A stretch of 64,000 nt of DNA from Ptychomitrium polyphyllum (Eukaryota). This document shows positions 40,678 through 54,615 of this stretch, piece by piece (position 1 is the first letter of the stretch; the number at the start of each line of letters is the position of its first letter). The notes under the pieces were generated by a model, which was not told the DNA's origin, did no database searches, and worked only from the letters and a program-made list of their open reading frames with translations. Location of the stretch: the NCBI GenBank assembly GCA_973851085.1, contig OZ316776.1, positions 8,866,001 to 8,930,000 on the forward strand. Direction: 5' to 3'. The position numbers and the translations under genes were made by a program.

Positions 40678-42490
40678 CTCTCCACCTTGCTCCCAAAGCC
40701 CTCAGCCCGATCACATCAAAGCTCCATCACGACGCGCCAGACCTCATCCTCGCCTCCTCCCCCTTCCGTCATGCCCACCACCACCAATCCCCCACTCCTC
40801 AACCCTACGCCCTGCGATCTCAGGAATCCAAACACCACACCATCACCTCCACATCACCACCATCGTTCCACGCCCCCACACATGGAAACCGAAATGCCGA
40901 GTCCCAACAGTCCCAGCAGCACAGCCTTGTGGCAACAACACGAGTAGGCAGCAACGCTGCAGCATGGGCATCCAGTCCGGCAGGTCCTGCAGGCACAGTG
41001 GAGCATGGACGCAGAGTGCGAGAGACGAGAGTGCCGCTCCACTGCAGCGCATCTCAGTGCAATCCCAGTGTGCATTCCGGCCTCCGCGCTCGGAAATGAT
41101 CCATCTTTGTCCAATCCGGTGCTGCTGTGCAGATGGCTCCCCTCTCCGTTCGCCTGTCTAGCGTCGCGAATTTCCTGCGCCGCCGCTTCCGCTCTGGGTC
41201 AGCTCGGCTGGGCCCCGCCGCCGCGCCGTTTTCCGGCTTCACTCCCCCTTGCTGGTGAGCAGTTTCTGGAATCTAGATTCTGGTGGCCGGAGTCCGGAGC
41301 GTTTTATGGAAGTGTTGTTTTCCGAGAGTGTTGTTTTCTGGGAATATCATTGTTTGACAGTTTCATAGGCAAATTTTTTCTGGTAGTTTCAGAGTATTAG
41401 GTGGTCATGCAAAAAGTGAGTATGCAACATTGTTTTTAGCAGTAGGGAACTTCAGTCTGTAACAGGCTGTGGTTCAATCTAACTTCTATATTAGATGAAG
41501 CAGCCCCCTTGGTTCCGAAATGACCCATTGGTAAAGAATGTTATGGATATAATGCACATGATTTGCTTCAGATACAACTGCTTTTCCAGTGAACAGCACA
41601 GGTTAGGTTGTACTCTAGTTTGGCAAATGTATTTGTGAGGTACACTGTTTAGAAGAAGCTATAGTCATTTAGTATGGGATCTTTGACTACCTTCATAATA
41701 ATCATAAAGTGGTTCATCACATCTTTGGAAATAAATGTTGTGGACAACATTAATTTTGAACCTACACCTATTAATCACCCACATACTTACATAATATATG
41801 GTGATTCAAGGTAGAATTTGTATACAAAATATAACCGTACCGGAATGATGCTGCCCTGGATACTTATGTTCTTCTGCTCAAGCAGCCATAAGTTGTCTGG
41901 GTCCTGGACGTGCTCTGCAGTGCTCTGCAGCAAACAGAAAATAGTACGTAACATACTAAATGGTCGCTGACTTGTAGGTGACTATATTGTAAAAACAAGT
42001 GTAGGCTGGGGAAGAGGGCAGTAGCAAGTTTTGCTAAGTGCACTAAGCGCAATTGAATTATACTAGATCCGATGAACACAGATATCTTATTTCGTAGGCT
42101 TATTGCAGAATGCCAGATAAAAATCAAGCTTGCTCAATACAAAATTATGTCGACACCTCAGTAGTGGATACTAATCTCAGAAGACTACTCCCTCACTGAA
42201 CCAACTGGAGAAATTACTAACATCTCGGAAGTAGGTATATGTGGACCATTATCATCTTTAGAAAGGTGCCTTACTGCGTCTTTGGTCTCTACCCTCTGTT
42301 GCCACCTCATTACTACCTGTGACCTGCCTTAGAACCCAAACTCTTCCAACATGATTTTGATTATCATTAGATCAAATGAAAGTGGCTTACCATCAACAGA
42401 TTACCTAATTTTAATCCAAGAGAAAACTCACTAATCATATTCTCACTAGCCGCTCACAGCACAGAGCTTGCAAACCATAATACTACAACA

Positions 42491-45400
42491 CTACTGGTAT
42501 GTCCTCCATTGAGGTGGGACAACTAAAGTGAAGTCAGAATTCACTGAGATGTTACTAGATTGCACAACTGCCGGTGGTGCTGCTGGTCGGGCAAAGAGGC
42601 CGGGAGGGCGATACAATCCAGGTGGGCGATATGGAGCAGGACGACGCATTGGAGTCGGAGAATTCAAAGCTGGTGTCGGCAAATTCGACGCGGATCCGTT
42701 CAAGTTAGCTCCTGTGCTATTAGCAGAATTCGAAGACAAAATATGTTGAGTAAAACTAGAAGCTATCATAGATGGAAAATTGGACCCAGGTGCAAGACTA
42801 CCACTCATAGTAGGTGGAACGAAATCGGAAGGAAAAAAAAGAGACTTGCCACCAACAGATGAGATGGAAGGGATAGAGGTGACACTAGTTGGGGTTATCG
42901 TTTGAGGACTTGCGCTGCGAGTGTTGGCTGTGACTGGCTGCATAGAGCTCTGCTTAGGCACAGGGATTCCAGGTGGAGGCTGATCAGATGGTAAATGTCG
43001 GAAAGGATACTGTTGGTTAGCAGGCTTGATAGAACTGCCCTCAAATGCTGCTGCTGGTTCACTGCCTTGATATTGAGAATTTACAGATGAAGGGCGTGAA
43101 GGACCTTCACGAAACGGATTTATCCCATTGCTGGCATCAAGCACAGAAGTTGCAATCGATGATGCGGAGTTAGCCACTGCAGACATGTCCCATGCATTTG
43201 ATGTGCCATTTTGTGGCAGCAAAGATGAGGACAAGCTAGGTGGAACTCCCACTGGTCGTATGTCTATGACACTGGATACCTTGTTATTGCAGATAGGACA
43301 TAATTTCACAGCCCGGGAGCACACAGTGCAGCAGCACATGTGTGAACAGCTCAAGAGAACCTGCATTCCAGGACCACATAAGAATTTTGGACTAATAGTC
43401 ATTGAAACATATCAGCAGATTACACAAATAAGCACAATACCAGCTATACCTCGGGAAACAAACAAATACTGCACTAATGCACAGGGCAAGAAATGACCAT
43501 GAAAAACGCCTAGTGCACAAGGTTACCTACTCAATTTGTCGTTAGGGCAAACCACTATCCAAGCAGAGAGGAAAAATCACAAGGCGGTCAGACACTGATA
43601 AATTCTAAAACCAGAAATGCATGCATATTGTACGTACCGTATTTGCTGCTTCCCGGTTACAAACAGCACAAACACCAGGCTGTCGCTGGGTCCCTGCTGG
43701 CTTAACTGCTTCATACTGCCCACCCTGTTCATTTTCTTGCTTTGGACTAGCAAATGGCGGAGAATCCACGAGTTCCGTATTAAAGTCGAGAAAATCAGAA
43801 CTTCCGTAAGGAAGTAAGCTGTGTCCATTCGTAGAACCACGAGGAGAGTTTCCAGTAAGACTTTCATTCCCAAAGTCTCCACTAATGGAAGACTCCATCG
43901 TGTGCCTCAAGCCAGATAAACCAGTTGGCGAAGTAGTAGCATTGAAAGAGTTAGAATGACGCAAATGGGGAGGAGCATAGGATCCGGACTTTCCTTCTAA
44001 GGATGGAAGCTGACCATGCGCGTTGGCCACAGCACTGTATCCAGAAATTTGAGCAACATTTTTATCCCTTAGATGAGGAGGTGTGTAAGTGGAACTACCA
44101 GCTTGGTTAGAACTAGCTCGTCCGCCTACAGGACCGGCACTAGAGGATGCCACTGGGTTGCTACTATTATTTTCTTGAACTCTGGACGATTCTCCCAAAA
44201 AATTGAATTCTGTAGACGCTGCACGAGAACTAGGAGTTGATGGTCGAGTATGAGGCATCGAGACTCCTCTGGTCAAAGGCTTTTCAATGTGGTCCAACGA
44301 GAAAACACCACCCGATGGAGCTTCTTCAGACCATGGATCAGATACTAACTGTCCAGGAGAAGGACGAGAATATCCAGGTATAGAATTCGACGCTAGATCA
44401 TTTCTAGGATTGCTTGAACTATGATCAAGTGAACGGGCTCTCGAAAATGTAGGAACCGATTGTGTTGAGGAAGAAGGAGCTACGTGATGAAGATTGCCTT
44501 GCGTGGTCTCATGTAAAAAGTGCTTGCGCATATTTTCTACACGTTCTCGAAAAAGAAGAAATCTATCTCGTTCAAGGTACATAACCAATTTGTCAAACCG
44601 TTCATCCAAAACCCTGCAATAATAGTGTAAAGTCGAAAGACACTGAATTCTGTGAGCTTCACATAATATCAACGGAGGGGCTTAATACACAGATTAACAG
44701 GAGGTTACAAATAAAACTACCAACTTTGATCCAAGATCCCTCAAAAGCTTCAAGTTAATATCAATAACACGTAAAAACAAAATTTGGGAAAGAGACTAAC
44801 CTGCGCGAGAGAAGACACAGTCCAAACCCAAATGTGTCACAACCAGCTGTATTATCGAGCAATGAATAATGACCAGGTGGATGAATAACTCCATTCAGAA
44901 GTTCGTCGACAACAATGACTCGCATGTCTTCTGCAACTGGGATTAACAACCCAGAACCAACCCCATATCCACAAGATGTGATTAAGGACTGAGAAAAATA
45001 CCAACTGCATGTTAACAGTGAATTTGAACACAATTCGCTAAATAATCCCCCCCAAGAAAACAAACAATCAATACAACATTCAAACCCTCTCGTCCACCAG
45101 TCCCATATTCATATATTCTTAACATGTGGTAGAAAGCAGAACTCCTCAAAACAAGCACCCCAAAAGAAGTTTTAAACTTTAAATTTCAAATAAAAACGAA
45201 TAAATAAACATTCGCACTACTTCAACACAATACAAAAGCACCTACCACAAAGAGTGGCAAGGCACGCGCGCACTAGCTTAAATCCAAATCCAGTTGTATC
45301 AGATGCCAATTCTACGTAGTGGCCCTGAAGGCCTTGAATGACACGCTCAGCCACCTCCTTAACCTCCAGACTGTCAAAGGAAAAAAGAGAAATGAGATGC

Positions 45401-48400
45401 ACGAAAAATTAATTACAGAAAAATATGATCAGACCTTCTCTGGTAATGTGCCAACGAACCAATGATTACTGTCATGCCGATGGTGAAAGAACTTGATCCT
45501 GTTATACTATAAAAACATGAACTAGTGCAATGACATAATTTTAAAAAGATAAGGACTGAAAATGTTGGAATTATCAATATATATCTATCGTAATCCTCAT
45601 ACTGTGCTCCACACTTTTATATACAGACAAAGAAGAGGGAAAAAGTAGGAACACGAATAAAAGGTCTTACCACCACATATATTCAATAAATAAAACAGGA
45701 TTCAATATGATTGAATAGGGATTGTCGGTCAAACTATTCACATTCGTGCGAAAGAACTGAAGAAGGAAAAAGACGGACCAGAAAGGGCAGAAAATGTAAC
45801 AAACCTAAGAACACCTTGCAGTGTTCGATGAGATAACTTGGATCCAACAAGATCACCAGACATATTTGCTATGCCAAGGGCTGCAGTCATAGCCTCAGGT
45901 TGTGGTAATGCCCATCGTATGCACTCAACAAGCATTATTCCACTCACCTGTAACAAAGAAACCAAATCTTGATTAAGAATGCAGGACGAAGCCTCTCATT
46001 AGGACCCACCGTAACGTTGTATACTTATGCCATATAAAAATGCCAACCATTAGCAAGAATCCATAAATTGAAATCCAGTCAGTACGTTTCAACTTCATCT
46101 TAGAATATTGGTGTCCCAATAAAGCACCTAAAATTTTCCAAGACAGTCTTCCTTGATACCCTCACACCAAAACACAAAATGGACAACGATACAAAAATGT
46201 CAAGCTGCTTAACTCCACACACAGAAACAGTATTGTCGATGATGACCTGGTGCTTAGCAATACTCGCTAAAGACTTTGGATCAATGTGCATTTCTTCACA
46301 AATCTGTCCCAATATTTTTATGGCAATTTTTGGTGGAACTCGAGCCTTCTTTCCCAGTGCAGGGTTTAAAGTTGTTATCATTGCTTCTACCTGCCACAAA
46401 TCAAACAAATACGAGATGTATGTCTTCCAAATTCAGGTATGCTGTAACCTTGATGCTGCATTACTGTAAATAAATGTTACAAATGAGTAGTTCTAGAGGG
46501 TATGTGGGCAGCAGGAGCATAACCAAAGCAGGATGACAAGATGACTCAGTTTTCTTAAATCTTAAAAACAAACATAACCAGGGGAAATGAGATGGAAAAG
46601 CACCAATCGCTCCAAAACATATACTCCATATTGATCTAACGCAAGTTGTACCTGCACACAGACATTGAAAGTAGGAATCTTCAGAGGAAGCATTCTTAGC
46701 AACAACATGAAAACAGCCTTTAGAGAAAATGCCTCGTAGCTGTATAAGGCAGACTAGAGGACATTAAGCTTAGCACAAATGAATAATACCTAAATGAATA
46801 ACAGACTCGCTCCTGAACAAAGACCAAGTAGTTGCTCATAGAAATGAGTGCACTAACAACAATGGCTCGTCTAAGCGTGGCCGGCACCATTCCGGCAACA
46901 TGGGCTGCCTATTGCCCATGAATAAAGCTGGAGAGAACTTATAACTACTTTCTTCTGCAAGCATGTCCAAAAACGACTTGTAATAAATGCCCAAACCGCA
47001 GAAGCTTACCACCGAGCCTCGAATACATGTGGCTACTAAATTTGCTTCTTCCGCACCTTTTAACGATACCAGCTGCATTGCCAGATCACTAAAATCAGCA
47101 GGCCATAATCAACAAATGCTACTTGCAAGATCGAATTAATATTACGAGGGAAAGCTACTACGGAAATGGTAATATGCAGATCATATTTGCCAACCCAAGT
47201 TCTAAAGTAATGGACTAAGAGCACATTCCAGACGGTGAAGACCACATCTATCAACTATAAGATAAAACAAGATTCAATCACATCAGTCAACCAACTTGCT
47301 CCAATCTGATCCAATAAAACCAGTCATTTTCATAAATCGTCGAGTTTTCATATGTTCATACGTATATGGGAGGGTTTAAGAAACCGTACCATTTTTTGAA
47401 CAGAAAAAGTACCACGATGATCCTGAGCGGCCATGACCAATCCTCTGTCTTGACAGAAAGAACGGACTATGGCTGTGAAAAAGCTCTCAGCATTACCACC
47501 TTCTCCCCTATGCATAGCAGCATACTCCAGCATTCGTTGTAACACATAATTTCCAGAAGCTGCAAAGACAGCGAATGAACACACACGCAACATCACTTCC
47601 TTACGAATAGCAGAAACCTGGGGATTATGCGCAAAATTTAGAATCATTTCTAATCCTTAAAATATGAGAGAAATAAACCATTGGATTTAGCTTACCATGG
47701 ATGGCTAGTTTGGCTGCAAATGGGGTAAGCATTTCTCGACAAAGTTTCGCCACTTTGTGACGCTTAGAATAAGCATCTCGTAACATGAAATCCAAATGCC
47801 TAGCACCCTGTACAAAAGAAAATTATCCTCCATTACCAGCGGTTCATTTAAGCAAAAAAAGTTGGATAACGATGAAAAACTGGCATGCCTGCGACAATCC
47901 AACTCTTCAAACAGCAGAAACAGCATCCAACACACTGAGATTGAAAATTCACCGTTCGATCCATGGCCATGCTGACTATATCATCTGTATCTTTTAAGGG
48001 AGGAACTATGTAACCAGGTAAAAGATCATCCATTCGTGTATTCGAGCGCAAACCTCCCCCATCACTCCCTGTAACACCTTTTGGAGGTATATAATCATTT
48101 CCTCCTCCAATAGATACTATGCCCCCTCGACCAAAAGGTTTCTTGACTTCAGCTACTGGCTTAGAAGGTTGATCCACATTTCCTCCCATTACAAGTGCGA
48201 AAGATGCTGATTCAGGCAGAAAAGGAGTACTAAGCGAACGACGTGGTGGAGGAGAATCTAGATAAGATTCTATTACTTGCCGACAAAATGGACACCTGAC
48301 ACCCTTATCAGCCTGCAATTGGAACCACAACATGACAAATCAAAGTGAGTTGCATCTTCAATGCTGCGACCATAACAAACGCAACAGCAGCGTGATGCTA

Positions 48401-48958
48401 TTCTTAGAAATTTCAGAACGTGAAGCCTGACAACTAAATTAGATAGAAAAACATCCTTTCACAAGTATCCAGCATCGAAAGACGAGAGGTAGGAGTTTCA
48501 CTAATATCAATATCTCTTTGTTGATCAACCATGCTCAATAGCATACCATGATACAAGCTACATGTCATACTTAATCATCACAACCAAAGACCTTAAATAT
48601 AGTGCAAAAAAAAGAAACACCTAATGCAAAATATAACTCACTATACAAATAATTAGTGTAAAAGAGGTAATCCAATACATTCAACCACACTGATCCTCCC
48701 GTAGATATCCTCACAGCTTCAAATATATATTTTACAAGCATAGGTACTTACCTTATAAACATTCGCAATACGCATTTTCTGAACGCAAGAAGCACAAGCT
48801 TTGTGCCCGCACGGGCTGAACCAAATATCACATGCTCCATCTTCTCCCATACATATATCACAGGAGTCGTCATCAGAAATTATATCTGCTTGAGCTGACC
48901 TACCACCAGACAATTCAAGAGCTCCTGGACTTCCGGCAGTTCTCCAAACAGCTGCCAT
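42491..48958 (-). CDS. Multi-exon protein: N-terminal RING-HC, Pumilio (PUF)-like repeats, disordered linker, second RING, Pro/Ser-rich tail
   Basis: RING1 CDIC..PCGHKACASC..CPFC. PUF-like repeats SGNYVLQRMLE, AQDHRGTFSVQKM, LALDQYGVYVLERL (exon 46604-46651), LSHRTLQ, LASDTTGFGFKLVR. RING2 CAVC..SCSHMCCCTVC..CPIC is split by an intron. GT-AG phases were compatible at the junctions checked. Confidence 0.8.
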
Positions 48959-51900
48959 AGTAAAATCCGCCCCTCTGCTACCAGCTTGCCACTATAATAT
49001 AGCCAATACGTCCGGTATCAATCCTTTGTTTGTACCATGTAGCTGTAAGAGTCTGGATTTCAATAGATTGCGACCACATGTAACAGAACCTACAAAATTC
49101 ACGTGCTGCAACTTCCTTCCCTAGTATTGAACTCCGATGTAAAAATACTGCAACTTGTAAAACGCACTGACACCTCGCTGAAAATCGATCCAAGTGTAGA
49201 ACAAAAAATTCTCATAGGATCAGTACATACGAGAACTACTATCTAGTCCCACCCCGCGTCCATATTAAGAACAACCTTGAGAACAGCCATGAAAACATCA
49301 CAAAGCCATGAAGTTCTCGTTAGAAAACTAGTCCTCCAGTTCCCTCACTCTCCATGCCCTTGATATAAACTTCCAGCGTGCCACCTATTAACCCTAAACA
49401 TCAGAGAAGCGTCAAGTTTCTACTATCAAAAATCCGCCGCACTTGCCGAATACTGTTCACGAACAATTCTTGCCCCTGATAGAGACACAAAACAACACAA
49501 AACAAGTTGGTCTTTAGTAAATTCATAACATATACAAAAGAATTCGAAAATGTTCACAACACCATCTCTAACAATCTACGATCGCAAGTACCAATCTGCC
49601 AGACAAAATCGAGTATTCGCACCGCACAAGGTCACTACTTCGTTCTGAACCTCGCAACAAATAGTTTAAAAAGAGCTGTGACTCGGTCGAACTAACTTAA
49701 AAACTCAAACTACCATCGCACAACCATACAATCTAGAGCTCAAATTTTCATCGCGGCATCCATCCACGCACCAGTCTCCACACATCTAGAACCTCAAACA
49801 ACGTCAACTAAAAACGAAACACCACAACCACTCCTAAACATACCTTGAATGCATTCAAAATATCAAAACCACAACGCAATCTCTACTATCACAACACCGA
49901 AACTTAAAACGAAATGAAAATCTGACGCCGCAGCCTACTATAAGCCAAAGCAACAACTCTGCACCAGGAAACAGTACCAAATCAGTCCTGCGTCACAACG
50001 CTAGCACCAATTCCAAAAAAACCTATGATCACCTCACAATTGCAAGCGTCGCAATCACTTGAAATCATTTGTGAAGGAAAGCAGAGGCAAGAAAAGAAAC
50101 GGACGCATCATACCCCTGTGATTCACTATCTTCCTGCCTGCGACCGAAAATGGCTGAGTCGTCCACTCGGAGAGCTCCAAATCCGATTCCCGGTGTTGTT
50201 TTTTTCTCGCGAGCGCACAGCGAGGCGGCCTCGTGACGGAGCCACCACAGCGACACATGAACCTCGTCAATGGCCGGAGCTATCTACTCAACTCCGCTAG
50301 CTTTTTCTTGCTTGCTAACCCTCGTGAAAACAGAAGGACCTCCACCATCGCCACAACAGCCCAAGTCAAGTCCACTGCCTCCTCACTTCCTCGCTTCCCA
50401 TATGCAACGCCCATTCCCAACACCGTCCCGGTTCTTCAGCAACCATCGCCATTCTCTACCGAGGATTTACAGTTGCATATATTAAATATACTTTCAACAC
50501 AGATGATGGTGGTTTTGAGTATCGCATGTCTTAGTGGCGGTTCTGAGGACTGACGTTTTTGTGATTGCTTTTCATATACCATTCTGCAGGGGCGACCCAG
50601 CTGAAGTTGGTCCTACTACCGGAGCCACGTAGGTCCTATGCTGATTGGCCGTCACTTCTTGTGGAGCGTTTCGGCCAATGGGAGTCGCCGTGATTGGTTT
50701 AACCTCGTAACCCTAACGGGTGGGCAAGCGTGCGAATCGTACGATTTGAGGCTTCAGGAGAATGTAGTTGGGAGCGTAAAGGGAGCGTGAAGGGACGTGA
50801 CGGATGACGCGATGGACCGTGGAGATTGACCTTCTGCAGGTGATGATTTCAGTGAGTTGAACCGGTTGTGTTCGCGAATAGCTGCGCTGCCTGCACCGTT
50901 TGGGAACAAGTTAGGAATATTGTGGAACGTGTCTTTTCTTCTTTTTATCCTGCAATGTTTTACCTTTAGTTGTTGACAAATGAAAAAGGTCTAAAATGAG
51001 AGGGTGTGGGACCCGTAGAGCCAGCTGTGCTAATCTGGTTGATGCAATGTGTTTCATTCATCCACGTCGAAAATGGAAAACGAAGGCTGAGCCTGCCTAG
51101 GAGACTGGCTCGATTCATTCTACCTTTCCTCTTTCAGCTATTTTAAGGAGCCCATCAAATTCACACCGAAGCAGCAAGGAGGATCCTTCAAAAATACTTA
51201 AGGTACATGACGACCATTTTTTCAAAAAAAATTCATGGATCATTTTTTTGCAAAGTGGCAACCATATTATAGAACTATAATGACATTAAATTAGAAAGGT
51301 ACATCTTTTTCTCTATAACATCTTCATTGTATAAAGTCCAAAATTAAAGTTATTTTCATTTAATCAATTGCCACGGACTCAATATTATACATCCCAAATA
51401 AAGAAATGGCATGTTACAAGTGTAATTGCAATACAACTTGACCAAAGTATAATATAACCATGTTATTGCAATAATGTCAATTATGCAATACATTTTTGAG
51501 CATCTATATTTCATAGTTTTAAATTCCCTTCAAAATACAATTCCAACACATTGTAATATAATAGTTAAAATCTTCAATTTGTCATATAATAGATGGACAT
51601 GGATAAATTTTATCTAACATTAATGAAAATTTAAGGAAAAAAATGTATATTCTTTATTTGTAATTAAAACTCACATAAAATGTTATAAGAATTATTGTAA
51701 AGTTTATACGCATTCTTTGCAAATTCTAATTTATGATACTCATTTTGATAATATAATAATATTTTTCTCCAATATACTACCAAAGGACAACAATGATGAA
51801 GAAAATGTATAAAAAAACTAAATATCCAATATATATATATTTTTAAATTTAAAAAAAATTCCTTTTTAATGATTAGTATTATTTATGCGGATGAAAAAAA

Positions 51901-52671
51901 AATCTACTTAAATCCAATTTTACAAAAAAAAATACCATGAATGAAACTTGAATAATTTATAATTTTTTTACAAAAAAACTTTATTAATTTATTTAACAAA
52001 ATTTTCAAAAGATTATTGCACAACATATAATTAAATAAGTTGAGTGAAAATGTTCTATTAATTTAGAGACAATTTCACATCAAAAGTAACAAAAAAAATT
52101 TAAGAAATAAAGTATTATATATCAAAACATACTATTGCTATAACAACATGGTTGTTCAAAAATAACTCTAAAAAGAAAAATTTAAAAATAAAATAAAATA
52201 TGAAGCCAAAATACAAGAAAAACTTACAAAACAAATATTTTTTGTTTTTGGATCATTTTGGATCATCATAAATCATAACAAAAAAATGGAAATCAACAAC
52301 TTACTTACTTTTTCAAAATCTAAAAATTTGCTTATTAATGGGCGACCGCTTTTGTAGCCATACTACTGATCTATAGAAGACTTATGGCTTTCAAATGAGG
52401 ACTTGCACGAACAATAGGGCTCAATAGAAGAGTACCGCTCTCGAATCAGGAAAGAAAGTGCAAGTCACAGGTAAAGACTTCATGTGCCCAAGTATGAAAG
52501 AAATTGTACTTGTACAGAACATCCGCAGCGACCCGATGCCTACAGAAGGAGGCAGTCACTACGCCTCCTGTGGAGTATCATGCGGGTGCCAAGATTTGAT
52601 GCTCACGAGCCACCGTGAGAAAAGGGGCGGGGGAGGTCGTCACGTTCCGGAGGGGAACCGTCGCCGAGATG

Positions 52672-52679
52672 AAACCCTA
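52672..52679 (+). promoter_or_regulatory. Telobox (AAACCCTA) upstream of AP-4 sigma
   Basis: Exact motif about 130 bp before the ATG. Confidence 0.4.
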
Positions 52680-52803
52680 GAGGTGAGTGTGTGAGCGTGT
52701 GTGTCGAGTGTTTGCAGTGCTGCAGTGTTGCCGGGCTTCGAAGCACGCTGCCTCTCGCCATTGCACTCTCTGTCTGGGAGCGGAGGGAGGTGGACCTTTG
52801 GAG

Positions 52804-54280
52804 ATGACGATCAGGTTTGTACTGCTGGTGAACAAGCAGGGCCAGACAAGGCTGGCGCAGTACTACGAGTATCTTACGATCGAGGAGCGCCGGGCTTTAG
52901 AGGGAGAGATTGTGCGCAAGTGCTTGGCTCGCCCGGACAATCAAGTCAGTGAGTTCTTCTGTGGCGCTCTGTTTCGTGTTGTACGATTCCTGGTTTGGTT
53001 GACGTACTCCGTTGTTGCACTTTGTAGGCGCGTGGTGGGAAGACAATAGTGTAGAGGTTCTAGTGCACTTCGTGTTTTGTGTGCGCGTTTGATGAGATGC
53101 TCTCGATGCAATCGCTTTGTTCTTCTACGCGTGGTTCAGCTCGAGCTGATGTTTCTCTCGGGGTTTCATTTCTCCGGTTTAGGAATGCCAAATTTAAACC
53201 TAGGGTTGATTCTTTGCATTTGAAAGTATTCCGCATCGAAATATAAGATGAACATCTTATCAATGTTTTGAGGAGTTTTGTCATGTTTGAACGCGCAATG
53301 GTATGGAGGCGCTCTTTATATTAGCTAGTAATCGGAGGACGTCAGAGGCGAATGTTAGACGATTGATTCTTTGGTTAGGTTTTGTAGGTTTTAAGTTTAG
53401 AATATCTGAGATTGGAAATTAGTGGTGTTTCAAAGCTGCATTGGGTACTTCAGTCGTACTCAAGTGGCTCAGGTCTTTTCGATTATTGGGATCCATGTGA
53501 CTGAAGTTCGCATGTGTATGAGTGTGTCAGACTAGTCTAAGAAGTTCTCTCTGGTTGCAGTGTTCGTTTGTGGAGCACCGCAATTACAAGATAATCTACC
53601 GCCGTTATGCATCACTTTTCTTCTTGGTCGGCGTTGACGGTGAAGAGGTACCATAAGCTACATCATAGCTCATGCTGAAAGAATTATAGCTACTCCGCAG
53701 TGTAGTAAGCTGTGGCCTCTATCGCGGCTTCTGTACTAAACTGTCAGGCGAAGAAGACACATTTTGAGCAAAATGCAAGTAATACTGGAGAGGTGCTACA
53801 GGTGCTAAGAATTAGCGGAGTGTTTGTTTATGGAGTGGTGCCCTGTTTATTGATTATTGTATTTTGTTCTTCGTGGCATACGTGTAGAATGAGTTAGCAA
53901 TTTTGGAGTTCATTCACTGCGTGGTGGAGACAATGGATCGGTACTTTGGAAACGTGGTATGTACTACTTGGCCTTGCAATAGAAATCTCTAATTTGTGGT
54001 TATTGTTGGATCTTGTTATGTTGCAATTTAGCGTTATCGTTGATATCGATGTTATACGTAACTTTTACTGAAGCACTACTAGGTTGTATTTATGGTATCA
54101 CAACTCCTAACCATTGGCATCCGTTTGCGGGTGGTTACTTGTTAGTGTGAATTGGACATCATGTTCCATCTCGAGAAGGCGCATTTTATGCTGGAGGAAA
54201 TGGTTATGAATGGCTGTATAGTCGAGACCAACAAGCAGAACATTTTAAATCCTATTCAGCTCATGGACAAAACTACATAA
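52804..54280 (+). CDS. AP4S: AP-4 adaptor complex subunit sigma; exons 52804-52944, 53561-53647, 53888-53956, 54146-54280
   Basis: [30 protein letters not shown] / [13 protein letters not shown] / [17 protein letters not shown] / [28 protein letters not shown]. Confidence 0.96.
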
Positions 54281-54615
54281 TGGACCTGTACGGGTTGCGC
54301 CCCTGTAACCGAGGATTTGTATCAACCAAATTCTTTCCAGCTACTCATGTTTTGGGACTGTCGACGTGGTATTCAGACGGCAGGGTTACCGTCTTGGAGT
54401 AGCAACGAGCATAAATGCCAGATCTTGGCCAAATGTGTGTTGATGCCAAACAAGGGACAGTTGAAGAGCTTTAGGAAAGATTATTTATCTTTGTAAAGTG
54501 ATCAATCATTAGGTTGCTCAAGTGTAGATTGAGAGGAAGTGTACGTACTGTATCGTGAGTGGCTTTCCTCTGAGTTTGTAATGCATTACAAATAAATTCT
54601 CTTTAAGCATGGCTT

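Noticed and set aside
40432..41400. Overlapping + strand ORFs near the GRDP 5' end
   Set aside because: Antisense to the first exon and GC-rich leader; no domains.
50620..50720. CCAAT cluster with ACGT core as an ERSE/UPRE upstream of the RING-PUF gene
   Set aside because: Spacing does not match the ERSE consensus; these are generic promoter motifs.
51200..52330. AT-rich block as a defined transposon
   Set aside because: No terminal repeats, target-site duplication or coding remnant found by eye.
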